Assembly: GCF_006345805.1 (NCBI RefSeq)
Contig: NC_043019.1
Coordinates: 23,001,360 to 23,065,359, forward strand
Direction of reading: 5' to 3'
Source: Octopus sinensis
Taxonomy: Eukaryota
DNA length: 64,000 bases
Under the pieces are notes generated by a model, which had not been told where the DNA came from, searched no databases, and saw only the letters and a list, made by a program, of their open reading frames with translations. Made by a program: the position numbers and the translations under genes. Below, piece by piece: positions 1-13,428 of this stretch; the stretch's first letter is position 1, and every line of letters begins with the position of its first letter.

Positions 1-393
1 CATACACTCATATATGCACACACACACACAGAACACATGCACACACAGATAAACACACACACATACATATGGATACACTCTTTCACATACACTCTCCAAT
101 ACATACATACACAGTCACACATGCTTCTTTCTGTGCACTCACACACACAATCTTCTCATACACTCACACATTGACATATGTGCATATACCCCCCCCACAC
201 ACACACACACATACACATACAATGGTATGCTCTACATCAATTCTGATGGAATTTTTTAATGGCATTCCTCAGAATTGTGGTTCCACTGTAATTTTTCTTC
301 AACTTACCTCACCCTAAACCACTTTCAACTTATTCTCATTTTTTCTATCTATTTACCAAAAGGCTATTTGTTGAATAGCTTCATGTTAATATA

Positions 394-469
<76 letters not shown>

Positions 470-589
470 ACACACACATATATATGCTGTCTGGACACAC
501 AGACTCAGTGTGTAGATGCTGACTGGGTAGATACTGTGTGTGGATGATGACTAGAGAGATGGACAGACACAGCAAGTGTGTGTGTGTGT

Positions 590-629
<40 letters not shown>

Positions 630-992
630 ATATGCATGTATTTGTGCATGTGAATATCTGTATCTAGTTTATGTAATTATAAAGATCATTTAAAACAATT
701 GCAAGAAGGCTTTAAAAATATTCAGTATAATAAAAAAAATAGCATTCAGTTGTACACAAGAGCAAATACTTATTTCATACATACATTGGTATACATATAA
801 AATAGGCGCAGGCATGGGTGTGTGGTAAGAAGCTTGCTGCCCAACCACATGGTTCCAGGTTCAGTCCCACTGCGTGGCACCTTGGGCAAGTGTTTTCTAC
901 TATAGCCTCGGGCCGACCAAAGCCTTGTGAATGAATTTGGTAGACGGAAACTGAAAGAATCCCATCGTACATATGTGTGTATGTGTGTGTAT

Positions 993-1890
993 GTATTGAA
1001 AGATACAGGTAAGGTAATAATTTTATTCTCAAATGCAGGATAATCATAATAATATAGCATGAACAGGATAAACTATCAATATTTTGCAGAAAAATCTGTT
1101 GGCAGCGAGCCATGAGATTCAAACTCATGTCCCTGTGATTATGCGTCAGGTGCTTTACCTATTTCTTTACTACTCACAAGGTGCTAAACAGAGAGAGGAC
1201 AAACAAGGACAGACAAACGGATTAAGTCGATTATATCGACCCCAGTGCATAACTGGTACTTATTTAATCGAGCCCGAAAGAGTGAAAGGCAAAGTCAACC
1301 TCGGTGGAATTTGACCTTAGAAGGTAGCGGCAGACGAAATACCGCTAAGCATTTTGCCCAGCGTGCTAACGATTCTGCCAGCTCTCCGTGTCAGGTGCTT
1401 TACCATTAAACTAAACTGCCCAGTGACAAATTCTTCTGCAATTTTAGGATATATAAATCTAGCTTTATAAGATGCTATTGTACATTGAATTCAACTTATA
1501 TTGAAAGTCAACAAACAGAGTTTGCTTTAAAAGCATTGTGATTTATTGAAAGATAGAGATAAGGAAATAATTTTATTCTCAACCGCAGGATAATGCTAAT
1601 AATATAGCATGAACAGGATAAACTATCTATAGGTAGTTTATCCTGCAGAAGAATTTGTCGCTGGGCAGTTTAGCTTAATGTTTACAGGGATGCGAGTTCA
1701 AATCTCATGGCTGGCCGCTGACAGATTTTTCTGCTAAATATGGATATTTTATCCTGTTCATTCTATATTATTATCATTATCCTGTGTTTGAGAATAAAAT
1801 TATTTCTTCTTCTGTATCTGTCAATACATCTCAATGCTTCTAAAGCCAATGTTGGTTGTTGACTTTCAATGTAAGCTGAATTTAACGTAT
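993..1890. repeat. Tandem plus inverted copies of a ~300 bp unit containing a tRNA-like segment
   Basis: 993-1080 recurs at 1545-1630. 1632-1890 is the reverse complement of the unit. tRNA-like gggcagtttagtttaatggtaaagcacctgacgcataatcacaggg...gagtttgaatctc on the minus strand of 1085-1440. Confidence 0.7.
1160..1387 (-). mobile_element. SINE family B with 17-bp TSD
   Basis: TSD g(c/t)gtcaggtgctttacc at 1143-1159 and 1388-1404; body matches copies at 15136, 22303, 55258 and 62488. Confidence 0.9.
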
Positions 1891-2236
1891 ACATGTATGT
1901 ATTTGTGTGTGTGTGTGTGTGTGTGTCTGTGTTTGTACCCCTACCTTTGCTTGACAACCAATGTTGGTGTATTTACATCCCTGTAACTTATCGGTTTGGC
2001 AAAAAAAAAAACTGATAGAATTAGTACTAGGCTTACAAAGAATAAGTCCTGGGGGTCAATTTGTTTGGCTAAAGACAGTGCTCCAGCATGGCTACAGTTA
2101 AATGACCGAAACAACTAAAAGAATATATATATATAATATATATATATACATATATTCAGCGGTGGTGCCCCAGCATGGCCGCGGCCTTTGGGCTAAAACA
2201 TTTTTAAGGATTTTTAAGGATTTATACAGGTTCAAG

Positions 2237-2400
2237 TGTGGATGTGTGGTAAGAAATTTGCTCCCCAACCATATGGTTCCAGGTTCAATCCTGCTGCATG
2301 GCATCTGGGGCAAGTGTCTCATACTATAGCTTCAGGTGAACCAAAGCCTTATGAGTGGATTTGGTGGAGCGAAACTGAAAGAATCCTGCTGTATGTGTGT
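2237..2400 (+). mobile_element. SINE family A, 5' half
   Basis: gtggatgtgtggtaagaaatttgct...gaaactgaaagaa. Confidence 0.75.
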
Positions 2401-2519
2401 GTGTGTGCACATATGTGTGTGTGTAATGCCCTGACGTGCCAACTGTTGACCGTTGCTTTATCAGACTTACATGAAACTTATAATGAAGCCTATTTTCTTT
2501 CTACGGTCATTATAAACTA

Positions 2520-4171
2520 TCAGGCTGAGTGAAAAGCAAGCAACATTTTGAAACATGAGATTTATTACAATATATTTCAACAATGCAGAAATTTTATTCA
2601 TCAAAGCAAGTACCATTACAATCACCACATTTTTGCCAACTTGGTAACATAAAAATCTGGAGTTCTGGAGCTGAAGAACTCTTTGAATGAACTTTCAGCA
2701 TTGGTTTGATTTCTGAACTTCTTCTGTTATAGGAAATCATCAAGGTGCGTGAAAAAGTGGTAGTCAGTAGGAGAAAGGTCTGGGGAACAAGCTGGGTGAG
2801 GAAGAACTTCACAACTAAATTCCCTCAACTTCAGGAGCATCATTAATGAAACATGTGGTCAAGCATTGACATGAAAATTGATTGGCCCTCTTCTGTTGAG
2901 CAGTCTGGGACAGAGGATTAGCAGTTTTACATTCATTTTGGCAGTTGATTGCAATATGTTTGTGAAGTAATGGTTTTTCCAGGTTTTAAGAAGTTATGAG
3001 TCCAACAGTTGGAAGCACTCCGTCGGTTACGACGACAGGGTTCCGGTTGATCCGAATCAACGGAACAGCCTGCTCGTGAAATTAACGTGTAAGTGGCTGA
3101 GCACTCCACAGACACGTGTACCCTTAACGTAGTTCTCGGGGATATTCAGCGTGACACAGAGAGTGACAAGGCCGGCCCTTTGAAATACAGGTACAACAGA
3201 AACAGGAAGGAAGAGTGAGAGAAAGTTGTGGTGAAAGAGTACAGCAGGGATCACCACCATCCCCTGCCGGAGCCTCGTGGAGCTTTAGGTGTTTTCGCTC
3301 AATAAACACTCACAACGCCTGGTCTGGGAATCGAAACCGCGATCCTATGACCACGAGTCCGCTGCCTTAACCACTGGGCCATTGCGCCTCCATGAGTCCA
3401 ACAGTACATCACCAAACAATCACCATAACCTTCTTTTTGAAGATTTCAGGTTTAGGGAAGGTTTTTGGTGCTTCATTTTGGCCCAACCACTGCGAAGAAC
3501 ATTTTTTATTATTGTACAGAAACTACTTTTCATCACAGGTTACAATACAGTCAAGAAATAGATCGGCCTGGTTATGGAGAAGAAGCAACAAGCAAATTTC
3601 ATACCTGCACATTTTCTGATTTTCATTCAAATCGTTTGGTCCCCTTGTGTTGAGTGTTTTTGATTTTCCGATTGCATGCAAATGGTTGCAGGCAGTTTTC
3701 TAGCTAACTTGAAGACTTTTTGCCAATTCCCAAGTGGTTTTATGTGGATCTTTCTCAATGATGTTCTTTAATTGACCATCATCGATAACAGATGGGCGTC
3801 CACTATGCTAATGATCTTCATGGTTCAAGTCTCCCTCTGTGAAATCGTTTAAACCATTTTTGAGCTGACCACTCACTGGTCATTTCCTCACCAAACGTTT
3901 TGTTGATATCATGAGCAGTTTCAGCTGCTTTACATCTTTCTTTGAAGTTGAATAGCAAAGTTGCTTTAATATCGCTCTTTGACAGTTCCATTTCAGATGA
4001 TTGTAAGAACGGTGAGAAAAATATCAATGTTAATTTATTGCTGCATTTGGGCAAGTCTATATCTGTATTATCAGACAATTGCAAATAAATGTTAAAAATA
4101 ATTCAAAACTGCAAAAATCTGCTACAAATTCTTCATGGTTTAAAATGTTGCTTACTTTTTACTCAACCTGA
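2520..4171 (-). mobile_element. Decayed full-length mariner (DD34D) transposon
   Basis: TIRs tcaggctgagtgaaaagcaagcaacattttg and caaaatgttgcttactttttactcaacctga-like right end, flanked by TA. N-terminal HTH MELSKSDIKATLLFNFKERCKAAETAHDINKTFGE...WFKRF, then broken catalytic frames. Confidence 0.92.
3010..3391 (-). mobile_element. tRNA-headed SINE family C (tail type 1) inserted in the mariner
   Basis: Perfect 14-bp TSD atgagtccaacagt at 2996-3009 and 3392-3405; head ggaggcgcaatggcccagtggttaaggcagcggactc...ggtttcgattccc. Confidence 0.92.
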
Positions 4172-4284
4172 TAGAATAGTTATGGAATAATATATACCCT
4201 CTATTTCGTATGTTAAGTGTTCCATTTTTAGACTTTATAAACTACATCTGCACATACACACACACACACACACACACATATACA

Positions 4285-4438
4285 ACAGGCTTTTTTCAGT
4301 TTCTTTCTATCAAATCCACTCACAAGGTTTTGATCAGCCTAAGGCTATATAGATGACACTTGCCCAAGGTGCCATTGCAGTGGGACTGAACCTGGAACCA
4401 TGAGGTTGGGAAGCAAGCTTCTTACCACACAGCCACAT
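4285..4438 (-). mobile_element. SINE family A, 5' half
   Basis: Reverse complement of the family A head. Confidence 0.75.
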
Positions 4439-4844
4439 GCTAGCGTGGGAAGGACAGTTTGGCAGGATACAAGTTGAAGAGCCACATTGTTCTCCACTAT
4501 TTACTTTGGTGGTGATTTCTGCAGCTGAATGTTCTTCCTAATGCCAACCACTTTAAGAGTGTACACTGTGCTTTGTTTACATGGCACAAGCACCAGTGAG
4601 GTGGCCATGGAACTCGTGAGACTACAAAACCCCAGAGAGACAGCTTTATGTTAGAAGTATAAGAGAAAAAAGCTAAATAAGATTGGTTTCTGGTTGAAGA
4701 GAAGTTACATGGTAACTCACATTTTAGAAAAGCAGTTGTAGGTGTGTGGGTGTGTGTATGGGGGGTGGGTATTATGGTGGAGTTGTGAAGATTTTAAGCT
4801 GTGGTGATATAGTGATGGACTTGTAGTGGTTGTTGTCAAAGAGG

Positions 4845-4875
<31 letters not shown>

Positions 4876-5314
4876 GGTGATGGGAATGGTGGAGGTTGTC
4901 ATAAAGGTGTCGTGGGTGGTAGTGAGAGTATTTGTGAATGGCATGGCGGTGGCTGTTGACACTCTGAGGTGTTGGTGATAATGGTGGCAATGGTATGAGG
5001 CTGTGGAGGTTGTCATGAAGGTGTTGTTAGTGTTGTTATTGTTGTTGTTGTTGTGTGTTCCGCTGGTGGAGGAGGTTGTCATAAAGGTGTTAGTGGCAAT
5101 GTGATAAACAGGTGAGAAAAAAAATATTTAAAAAAACAAAAAACTGACTAACAGCAAGAAAATAAAATCCAGAAAAATTGAGAAATTAATGAAGAGATTC
5201 AAATTAGATTTTAAATGACAGCCAAGAAGTGGCCATCAGAAATGGAAAACAAAGGAGACCACATTATTGACAACATCTTCATCATTAAGACAATGAAAAA
5301 ATTTAGATGCAGTT

Positions 5315-5458
5315 ACTCTTTTACTTCTTTCAGTCATTTGACTGTGGCCATGCTGGAGCACCACCTTTAGTCAAGCAAATCGACCCCAGGTCTTATTCTT
5401 TGTAAGCCTAGTACTTATTCCATCGGTCCCTTTTGCCGAACTGCTAGGTTACGGGGAC
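5315..5458 (-). mobile_element. SINE family A, 3' half
   Basis: actcttttacttctttcagtcatttgactgtggccatgctggagcacc. Confidence 0.8.
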
Positions 5459-5634
5459 AACTGGTTATTTCTCCAAAAACTATGTTACTATACACAAAAT
5501 TTTATAATATTTTTCTGACATAACGACTTGAATATATTCTTTAACCTTATAACACAAGCCTTCTGTAGTTTTTTTTTATTCCTTTTTATTTTTTATACAT
5601 CCAACCACAGGCTTTCACACACCAACTCTCTCTC

Positions 5635-5635
<1 letters not shown>
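5459..5635 (+). mobile_element. Diverged fragment of the Penelope-like terminal repeat seen at 38265-38405
   Basis: aactggttatttctccaaaaactatg...aagccttctgtagtttttt resembles aaccggtctttcttctaaactatg...aagccttctgtagtttttt. Confidence 0.55.
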
Positions 5636-5675
<40 letters not shown>

Positions 5676-5677
<2 letters not shown>

Positions 5678-5890
5678 ACGCCATGATATATCGTTAGCTC
5701 CTACACGCATTTTTTTCTCTCTTTGTTTCTCTCCTTGTTTTTTTCTGAGTATCTTTCTGTCAAAGAGCGTAGGCTCGAAACATAAAAGACTTTTTCTATT
5801 TCTATTCCTGAGAGAGCCATACTAATACATTTTTTGTTTGTTCTCCACCTGCCTCCATCTTTTGTTTATTTTCGTAAACCTTCCCATTAT
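5676..5890 (+). mobile_element. Repeat family E (pLTR/retrozyme-like) with a degenerate hammerhead motif at 5752-5789
   Basis: Closely similar to 53350-53540; tcttt-ctgtcaa-a-gagc gtag gctc-gaaa-c ata-aaaga. Confidence 0.7.
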
Positions 5891-5891
5891 A

Positions 5892-5941
<50 letters not shown>

Positions 5942-6596
5942 TGTTGTGTGTGTGTGTGTGTTGTCTCCCAATCCCCCACTGGACAACTGATGTTGGTGTG
6001 TTTATATACCCATAACTTAGGGTTCAGCAAAAAAGAATGATAGAATAAGTGTCAGGCTTTACAAAAAGCGAATGCAATAATAAGTACCGGGGTAAATTTG
6101 TGGGACTAAAAATCCTTCAAGACGGTGCTCCAGCATGGCCGTAGCCCAATGACTAAAATGAAGTAAAACGCAAAAAAAGTCTCTTAATATTTTCTTTTAT
6201 ATTCTATTAATAATAATAAAATGGAAAAATATGGAAATCAAATGACATGAAAGAGGCAGACTGGAATCAAAGAACATTTCTGCAGACATTCATCCAAAAT
6301 AACTTTAAGGGAAAAGTAAAATAATAACAGCAATAATGCTGACAAGTCCACCCTGGCCCCATACCCGAAATATGTGTCCATGTATGCATGTGTTACATAT
6401 ATATATAATATTTTATATATATATTATATAATATACATATTTATACATATATATATATATATATATTTACATATATATATGTACATATTATATATACATA
6501 TATATATATATATACATATGTATATGTATACATATATGGTATATATATGTATGTATGTAGTATGTATATGTGTATATATATATATATGTATATGAG

Positions 6597-6641
<45 letters not shown>

Positions 6642-6655
6642 GCACACACATCTAT

Positions 6656-6688
<33 letters not shown>

Positions 6689-6789
6689 AGTCTGATAAGT
6701 GCCGATGCACAAAACTCATGGTCCTCGAGTGATTCTGTTACTTCTGCTAAATATGGGGGACTTTGCTGTGCCATTGCTGTTATTATTGG

Positions 6790-6970
6790 TGTGGCACCAC
6801 TTTGAAGAATTTTTAGTTGAATGTATCAACCTCAGGACTTTTTTTTCTTTGAAACCTGGTACTTATTCTATCGTTCTCTTTTGCTAAGTTACGGGGATGT
6901 AAACAAACCAACATGGGTTGTCAAGCAGTAGTTGGGTGTGGCAAGACAATGCAGACACAAAGACACAGTA
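6790..6970 (-). mobile_element. SINE family A, 3' half, diverged
   Basis: ggtacttattctatcg...gctaagttacggggatgtaaacaaacc. Confidence 0.65.
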
Positions 6971-7222
6971 TAGCAGTGCCTCAATCACAACTATTATGTA
7001 GATGTGTGTGTGTGTGGTGTGTGTGTGTGTGTGTAAATCAGTGGTCCTCCAGCATGGCCACAACTCAGGAGCAGGTAAGGGAGGAAGACACAATGAGGAT
7101 GATGGTGGTGATAATGATGATGATGAGGAGGAGGATGTTTTTGTTGTTGTTGTTGTTAAGCAACAAGATGGGTAAGAGTGATTAGGTGATGGTCTAGGGC
7201 TTAGGGGCAGGAGACTCCAGAC

Positions 7223-7347
7223 CTTGGAAAAAAAAAATTTAGTCGTCTTGTAGTAGTCGAGGGCTCTTCGTTGATGCCCAACACCACTGGGAGGTGGCCC
7301 TCGAAGTCGCTGGAAATGGAGATCTCCAGGTCCAAATTCTTGAACGG
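7223..7347 (-). CDS. Candidate internal exon of an unidentified host gene (PFKNLDLEISISSDFEGHLPVVLGINEE...)
   Basis: Non-repetitive CpG-containing island with strongly G/C-ending codons, between caacAG and AG|GT; possible 1-nt frameshift into ALDYYKTTKFFFSK. Protein not recognised. Confidence 0.4.
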
Positions 7348-7953
7348 CTGTTGGTGGTGGTGGTGGTGACGGCGGTGGTGGTGGTGGTGACGGCGGTGGT
7401 GGTGGTGGCGGTGGTGGCAGCAGCGGATGTACAGTAGATGTAATAATGATAGCATTGGTGTTACTGCTACAAATGATGGTTATGGCTGCTGTGATGATAA
7501 TGGTGATGCTGCTATTGCTACCGCTGATGATGATGACGGCAATGACGATGACGACGACGATGACAACGCCGACGATAATGATGATGATTATGATGTTGAG
7601 ATGATGTGGCAATGATAATGATGATGATGATGATGATGATGCCAGCGCTGACGCTCAGGATGAATAACAAATAACAATACTGCAAATACAGTATCTATTC
7701 GCATTTAATACATTACACATTCATAAATTTCTAAACCAAGTTCCTTTGTTAAAAAAAGAATATTAAAAAAAGAGGGGAAGCAAAGAAGAACCAGCCACCA
7801 CAGAAAATTGGAAGAACACCACAGCCAACCCTCTCCCCCACACCTATCCTTCTCTCTGCACGCCATAAAAAAGTAAAAAGCCTGAAGACAAGAGGAATAT
7901 TGGCAAGAAAGACAGGAGAAAAAATACTCATATGCATATATATCAATTGATAA

Positions 7954-7992
<39 letters not shown>

Positions 7993-8062
7993 TATATATT
8001 GTGTATATATATTATATATATAATATATATAGCTATAAATATAGATATATACATATGCATAG

Positions 8063-8095
<33 letters not shown>

Positions 8096-8197
8096 ACATA
8101 TATACATATATATATATACATATATATATACATATATATACACATATATATACATATATATATACACATATATATATATATATATATAATATATATC

Positions 8198-8230
<33 letters not shown>

Positions 8231-9002
8231 CACACTCACATTTATACATTTTATATTTCATATTTATATATTTTATATTTATGTATCTAACACACACACC
8301 AAATATAGACACACACACACTATAGAATATATATATATATATGTATATGCAGACTTATATTGATATATCTAAGTCTATGGGTATATGTGATGTCTGAGGG
8401 GCATGTAGGGGACAGAAATACCTAAATAGGGAATCAATGAAAGAGAGATTTCACTTTATAGAGAAGAAATGGAGTAAAATATAGAAAATAAAGTGTTAAT
8501 TTTCAGCTCATATTTATTTCTGGCTTATGTATGCAAGCACATGGGTAACATTGTATCTATGTAAGAAGATATATAAGTACGCATGCACACATGCGCATGT
8601 GCATACATATATCATTATACACACACACAACACACAATATTATAAATATATATATATGTACGCATGTGTGTGTTGTAAGTATATATATGTATAAATGTGT
8701 CCGTGTGTATGTATATGCATATACCTAGACCACCTGAGCATTATATTATAGTTATCTGTGGAGTACTCGACCACTTTGCATGATGATTCTATTGAAAGTT
8801 TTGAGTTAAGTCTCAGCTCAAATCACCTCCAAGTCAAAAATCAACTTAAATATATATATATATATATATATATGCGTATTTGTGTATGTGCATATGAGTG
8901 TGTGTATGCACATATATCTATGCGTATATATATATGTATGTTTCTCTGTGTGTGTGTGTGTTTGTGTCTGTGTTTGTCAGCCACTACTGCATGACAAATA
9001 GC

Positions 9003-9163
9003 ACCCACTACACTCTCAGACTGGTTGGCGTTAGGAAGGGTATCCAGCTGTAGAAACTCTGCCAGATCAAGATTGGAGCCTGGTGCAGCTGTCTGGTTCG
9101 CCAGCTCTCAGTCAATATCGTCCAACCCATGCTAGCCTGGAAGGCGGACGTTAAACGATGATG
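9003..9163 (+). mobile_element. RTE LINE 3' end (family D)
   Basis: cacccactacactctc...ggttggcgttaggaagggtatccagctgtagaaac...ggacgttaaac(gat)n. Confidence 0.85.
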
Positions 9164-9182
9164 ATATATATATATATATATA

Positions 9183-9346
9183 GGTGCAGGAGTGGCTGCG
9201 TGGTAAGTAGCTTGTTTACCAACCACATGGTTCCCGGTTCAGTCCCACTGCATGCCACCTTCGGTAAGTATCTTCTACTATAGCATCGGGTCGATCAAAG
9301 CCATGGAGTGGATTTGGTAGACAGAAACTGAAAGAAGCCCATTGGT

Positions 9347-9387
<41 letters not shown>

Positions 9388-9598
9388 CGTGTGTGTGTCT
9401 GTGTTTGTGCCCCACTGTCATTGCTTGACGACTGATGTTGGTGTGTTTACATCCCCATAACTTAGCAGTTCGGCAAAAAAGAGACTGATGAAATAAATAC
9501 TAGGCTTACAAAGAATAAATCCTGGGGTCGATTTGGTCAACTAAAGGTGGTGCTCCAGCATGGCCACAGTCAAATGACTGAAACAAGTAAAAGAGTAA
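9183..9598 (+). mobile_element. SINE family A, full length
   Basis: Head, internal (TA)n(TG)n and tail ending gactgaaacaagtaaaagagtaaa. Confidence 0.9.
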
Positions 9599-9725
9599 AC
9601 ATATATATATATATATATATATAAGGAAAAGAACCTGAAAATACAGGTGTCTTTTAAAAGTAGTTTTAAAATATATATATGTATGTATGTGTATTTATAT
9701 ATTTATTGTGTGTGTGTGTGTGTGC

Positions 9726-9764
<39 letters not shown>

Positions 9765-10442
9765 AATATATGTGTACATATACATACACATATAAATATA
9801 TGTGTATGTATATATATATATGTGTGTATATGTCTGTGTGTGTAAATATAATAGATATATATATTGTCAAATCACACGTTAAAAATAACAAGTAACAAAA
9901 CAAAACACATTCCTTAATTGCTGGAAATCATATTATATTCATATTATTGATTATTCTCTCTGCACATATTTCACAAATGTAAAAATCCACACCAACCTGT
10001 GCATAGTGCATACATTGTATAAATGTAATTAAAACACTTTCATTATATATTTCCAAGAGATCACATTGCATAATCTAAATTCTATACGATATAAATTCTA
10101 TACGAGCATATTTCATAAATCTAAAACACATTACATACTACAAAGAGACCATATTACATAATGCTAAACAGGCATAATGTATAGTTCTAAAAGAAGGAAT
10201 ATCAAATAATTCTGGAAGTGATATTACATTTTTATCACACGCCCCACCATTACATAGCTGTAAAAATCTCTATTTGATTTTATGGCTTCTTTTGATACAG
10301 GAAGTCTTTTCTGCGATGCAATACAAATAAATGCTGTTTGAAGTGTCTAAGGCCAAGCTTTTAAGGCTCAGCACTTAATCTGTAGTTTTATAGCAAGAAG
10401 TAAAGAGAAGATATAACAGGTAGTATTACAAAGTTTAATCCT

Positions 10443-10583
10443 TGGCTGTGGGGGTTAAGAAGTTTGCTTCTCAACTGAAAGGCTTCAGTTTCAGTCCCGC
10501 TGTGTGGCACACTGTGCAAATGTCGTCTACTTCAGTCCTGGGTTCACCAATGCTTTGTAATTGGATTTAGTAGATGGAAACTG

Positions 10584-10585
<2 letters not shown>
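10443..10585 (+). mobile_element. SINE family A, 5' half, diverged
   Basis: ggctgtgggggttaagaagtttgct...tagatggaaactg. Confidence 0.65.
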
Positions 10586-10621
<36 letters not shown>

Positions 10622-11489
10622 GTGTGTGTGTGTGTGTGTGTGTATTAATATTAGGGAAGTTATTTCTGAGTCCACAGGGGAGAGAAGTTCAATTTAGTGG
10701 TACTAAAATGAATTACTCACTGTATTATATACATATCTATAGATAGGTTTTAACAGACAGAATCACCCTCAAGCAACTCAATCATCATTGAACAACATTA
10801 TCCACGATAGGTAGATATAGGACTAAATATTAAAATTATCAAAATTAATACCTTCAATTCTTATTCCAAGTCATATACTTTACATTATATAGACTATGTG
10901 CATTTCATGACAACATATTCCTCGATATTTCTGAAATAGAAGGTCTCAAAATACAATACCATATTAAAACAATTATATTGCCTATCTTCAGGTCTAGATT
11001 ATATGAACTTATTTTTCTATTTACATAAAGACATATATAAATATATAAATATATAAATAGATATCTATATCTATCTATCTTTTTTGTACACACACACACA
11101 CACACACATACCAGTTTGATATACACAATTGCAAAAGAGCTACCAATAGTTTTATACTTTTCAGCTACATTAAACTGGCAGATTTATATAACATGCAATA
11201 TATCTCCAAGCAATCTTTTAGGCTCAGCTCATAAATGTTAGATGCATTTAAAAAGCAGGACACTGGACTATGAGAAAACATGATGAAAAGGGAGAAGGAT
11301 AAAAAAAATGAGACGAAAAAATGCAAACAGATTGATGCAAAAATGGAAGGAGTAGAAAGAAAAGTAAGGAAACCAAGATCTTCATCCTTTTGACTGTAGA
11401 AACCATAATTAATGTAGCTGGTGCAGAATCATATAAGAGGAAGGAGGCCAAACTCTGTGAGATAGCTATTCAGCCCACTTTTATGTTTC

Positions 11490-11850
11490 AGTCATTAGAC
11501 TGTGGCCATCCTAGAGCACTGCTTTTGAAGAACTTGGTAATATTCCCCCATGGCCAGACATGTTTTTGCAGAATATTGGAAATGAATGACACTGCTTGTA
11601 TGACAGTGACACCCCTTTACAACTATCACACAATGTCAAGGCAAGGAGGTGCAAACAAGCACACACACACACACACACATGTGCACGCACATACACACAC
11701 ACACACACACACATGGGCTTCTTTCAATTTCTGGCAAACAAATCCATTGACAAGACTTTGGTCAGTTCCGAAGACACTTGCCCAAGGGGCTACACTGTGG
11801 GACTGAACCCAAAACTATATGGTTTGGAAGCAAGCTTGTTGACTACACTG
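11490..11850 (-). mobile_element. Family A-headed SINE variant with an alternative body
   Basis: Family A head at 11713-11850; body gtgtcattcatttccaatattctgc...ggccatggggga is shared with 52150-52400. Confidence 0.65.
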
Positions 11851-13165
11851 CAACATCAAGTTAGTGAAGATACAAGAATGTCCGGCTAATGATCAGAAAG
11901 TCGTGGGTTCAATTCCTGAACCAGGTAGCAGGTTGTATTCTTGATCATGACAGTTCATTTCATCTTGCTCCAGTCTACTCAGCTGTAATGAGTACCAACC
12001 AAATGTCGGTGCAGCTCCCTTCACTCTCTCTCTCTCTCTCTCTTCTCCTCTCTATGTTTCTGTTTCTTCCTCTCGTTTTCTCTTGCTTTCTCTCTTTTTC
12101 TTTCTCTTTCTCTCTCTGTCTCCCTTTCCATCTTTTGCTCTATTTCCCTCTCTATGTCTCTTTCACTCTCTCACTTACTTTCCCTCTCTCACTTGCTTTC
12201 CCTCTCTCTTTTCCTTTCTTCCCTTCTCTATGCCTCTCTCTCTCTCTTTCTCTCTTTTTCTCTTTCTTTCTCCCTGTCTCTTCCACCTCTCTCTCTCTCT
12301 CTCTCTCTCCCTCCCTTCCTCTAGTTGTCACATCCTGGTGAAAGGACTGAAAGAGTATTTATATCTGTCCATGATTACATAAGCACCGAAAAACGATCAG
12401 CAAAAGCATGGTATATAACCAAGCCATATCCACTTATAAGTGACACCATCATCATTGTCAACATCACCATCTCAATAAGTAGCCATCATCATCATCACTG
12501 TCATTATCATCGACTTCATTCAGCTATAACAGAAAATTTCCCAATAAACAAATCTACATTAACACCAATGGCGTTGTTATGGTATCTCAGTTGTACCCTA
12601 CACATTAGCTAACTTTTATATGTGTGTACGTAAAACTGAAAAATAAATGTCTCTTGCCATTCTCTGGAGAATTATTTAAAAGACAGATGAGATAATAAAA
12701 ATAATTTGTAGTTATTCCATTGTCCAACCTGCACAGCTTTCTAAACCAAGATAAAATTCTATATAACTTGTTAATGATGTAAATGAGAAACCACCAAAGT
12801 TTCGTTATGTCAAAGCTAATGAAACTAAAAAAAAAAAAAAAAAAAAAATGAATTGGAAGCAAAGTTTTCTAATTCCTGAACTTTGTACTTTGTGTTGCTG
12901 CTTTTTTAAAAATTTTTATTTTCTACATTTTATTTATTTGTTTATTTATTTATTTATGTATTTGCAAATTTGGATGTTTTTTAAGCTCAAAATTTCTTTA
13001 TAAATGTCTATGTTTACACACAATTGTGTCTGTGTTAACGTTTTCTACTTTCTGCCTTCATTCTCCTCATTTTTATCATCATCATCATTGTCATCGTCAT
13101 CATTGTAATCATCGTCATCATCATTGTCAACGTCATCATTGTTATCATCATAAATGTCATTGCTG

Positions 13166-13196
<31 letters not shown>

Positions 13197-13267
13197 AATC
13201 ATCAACATAAGTATTGCCCTCATCCTTGTGGTTACTACTTCCAGTCAATGTCTTCATTAACAATCTA

Positions 13268-13428
13268 GGCATAGGAGTGGCTGTGTGGTAAGTAGCTTGC
13301 TTACCAACCACATGGTTCCAGGTTCAGTCCCACTGCAATGGCACCTTGGGTAAATGTCTTCTACTATAGCCTTAGGCTAATCAAAACCTTGTGAGTGGAT
13401 TTGATAGAAAGAAACTGAAAGAAGTCCG

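Larger units (their letters stand above)
805..2125 (+). mobile_element. tRNA-headed SINE family A, split at its internal (TA/TG)n by a ~900 bp insertion
   Basis: Head 805-970 (ggcgcaggcatgggtgtgtggtaagaagcttgct...ggttcagtccc, A/B-box-like) and tail 1905-2125 match the full copies at 22973 and 60149. Confidence 0.75.

Noticed and set aside
6884-7612. 242-aa proline-rich ORF
   Set aside because: Mostly trinucleotide repeats and SINE sequence; only 7223-7347 looks coding
10850-10935. Good minus-strand acceptor/donor pair
   Set aside because: All three frames contain stops
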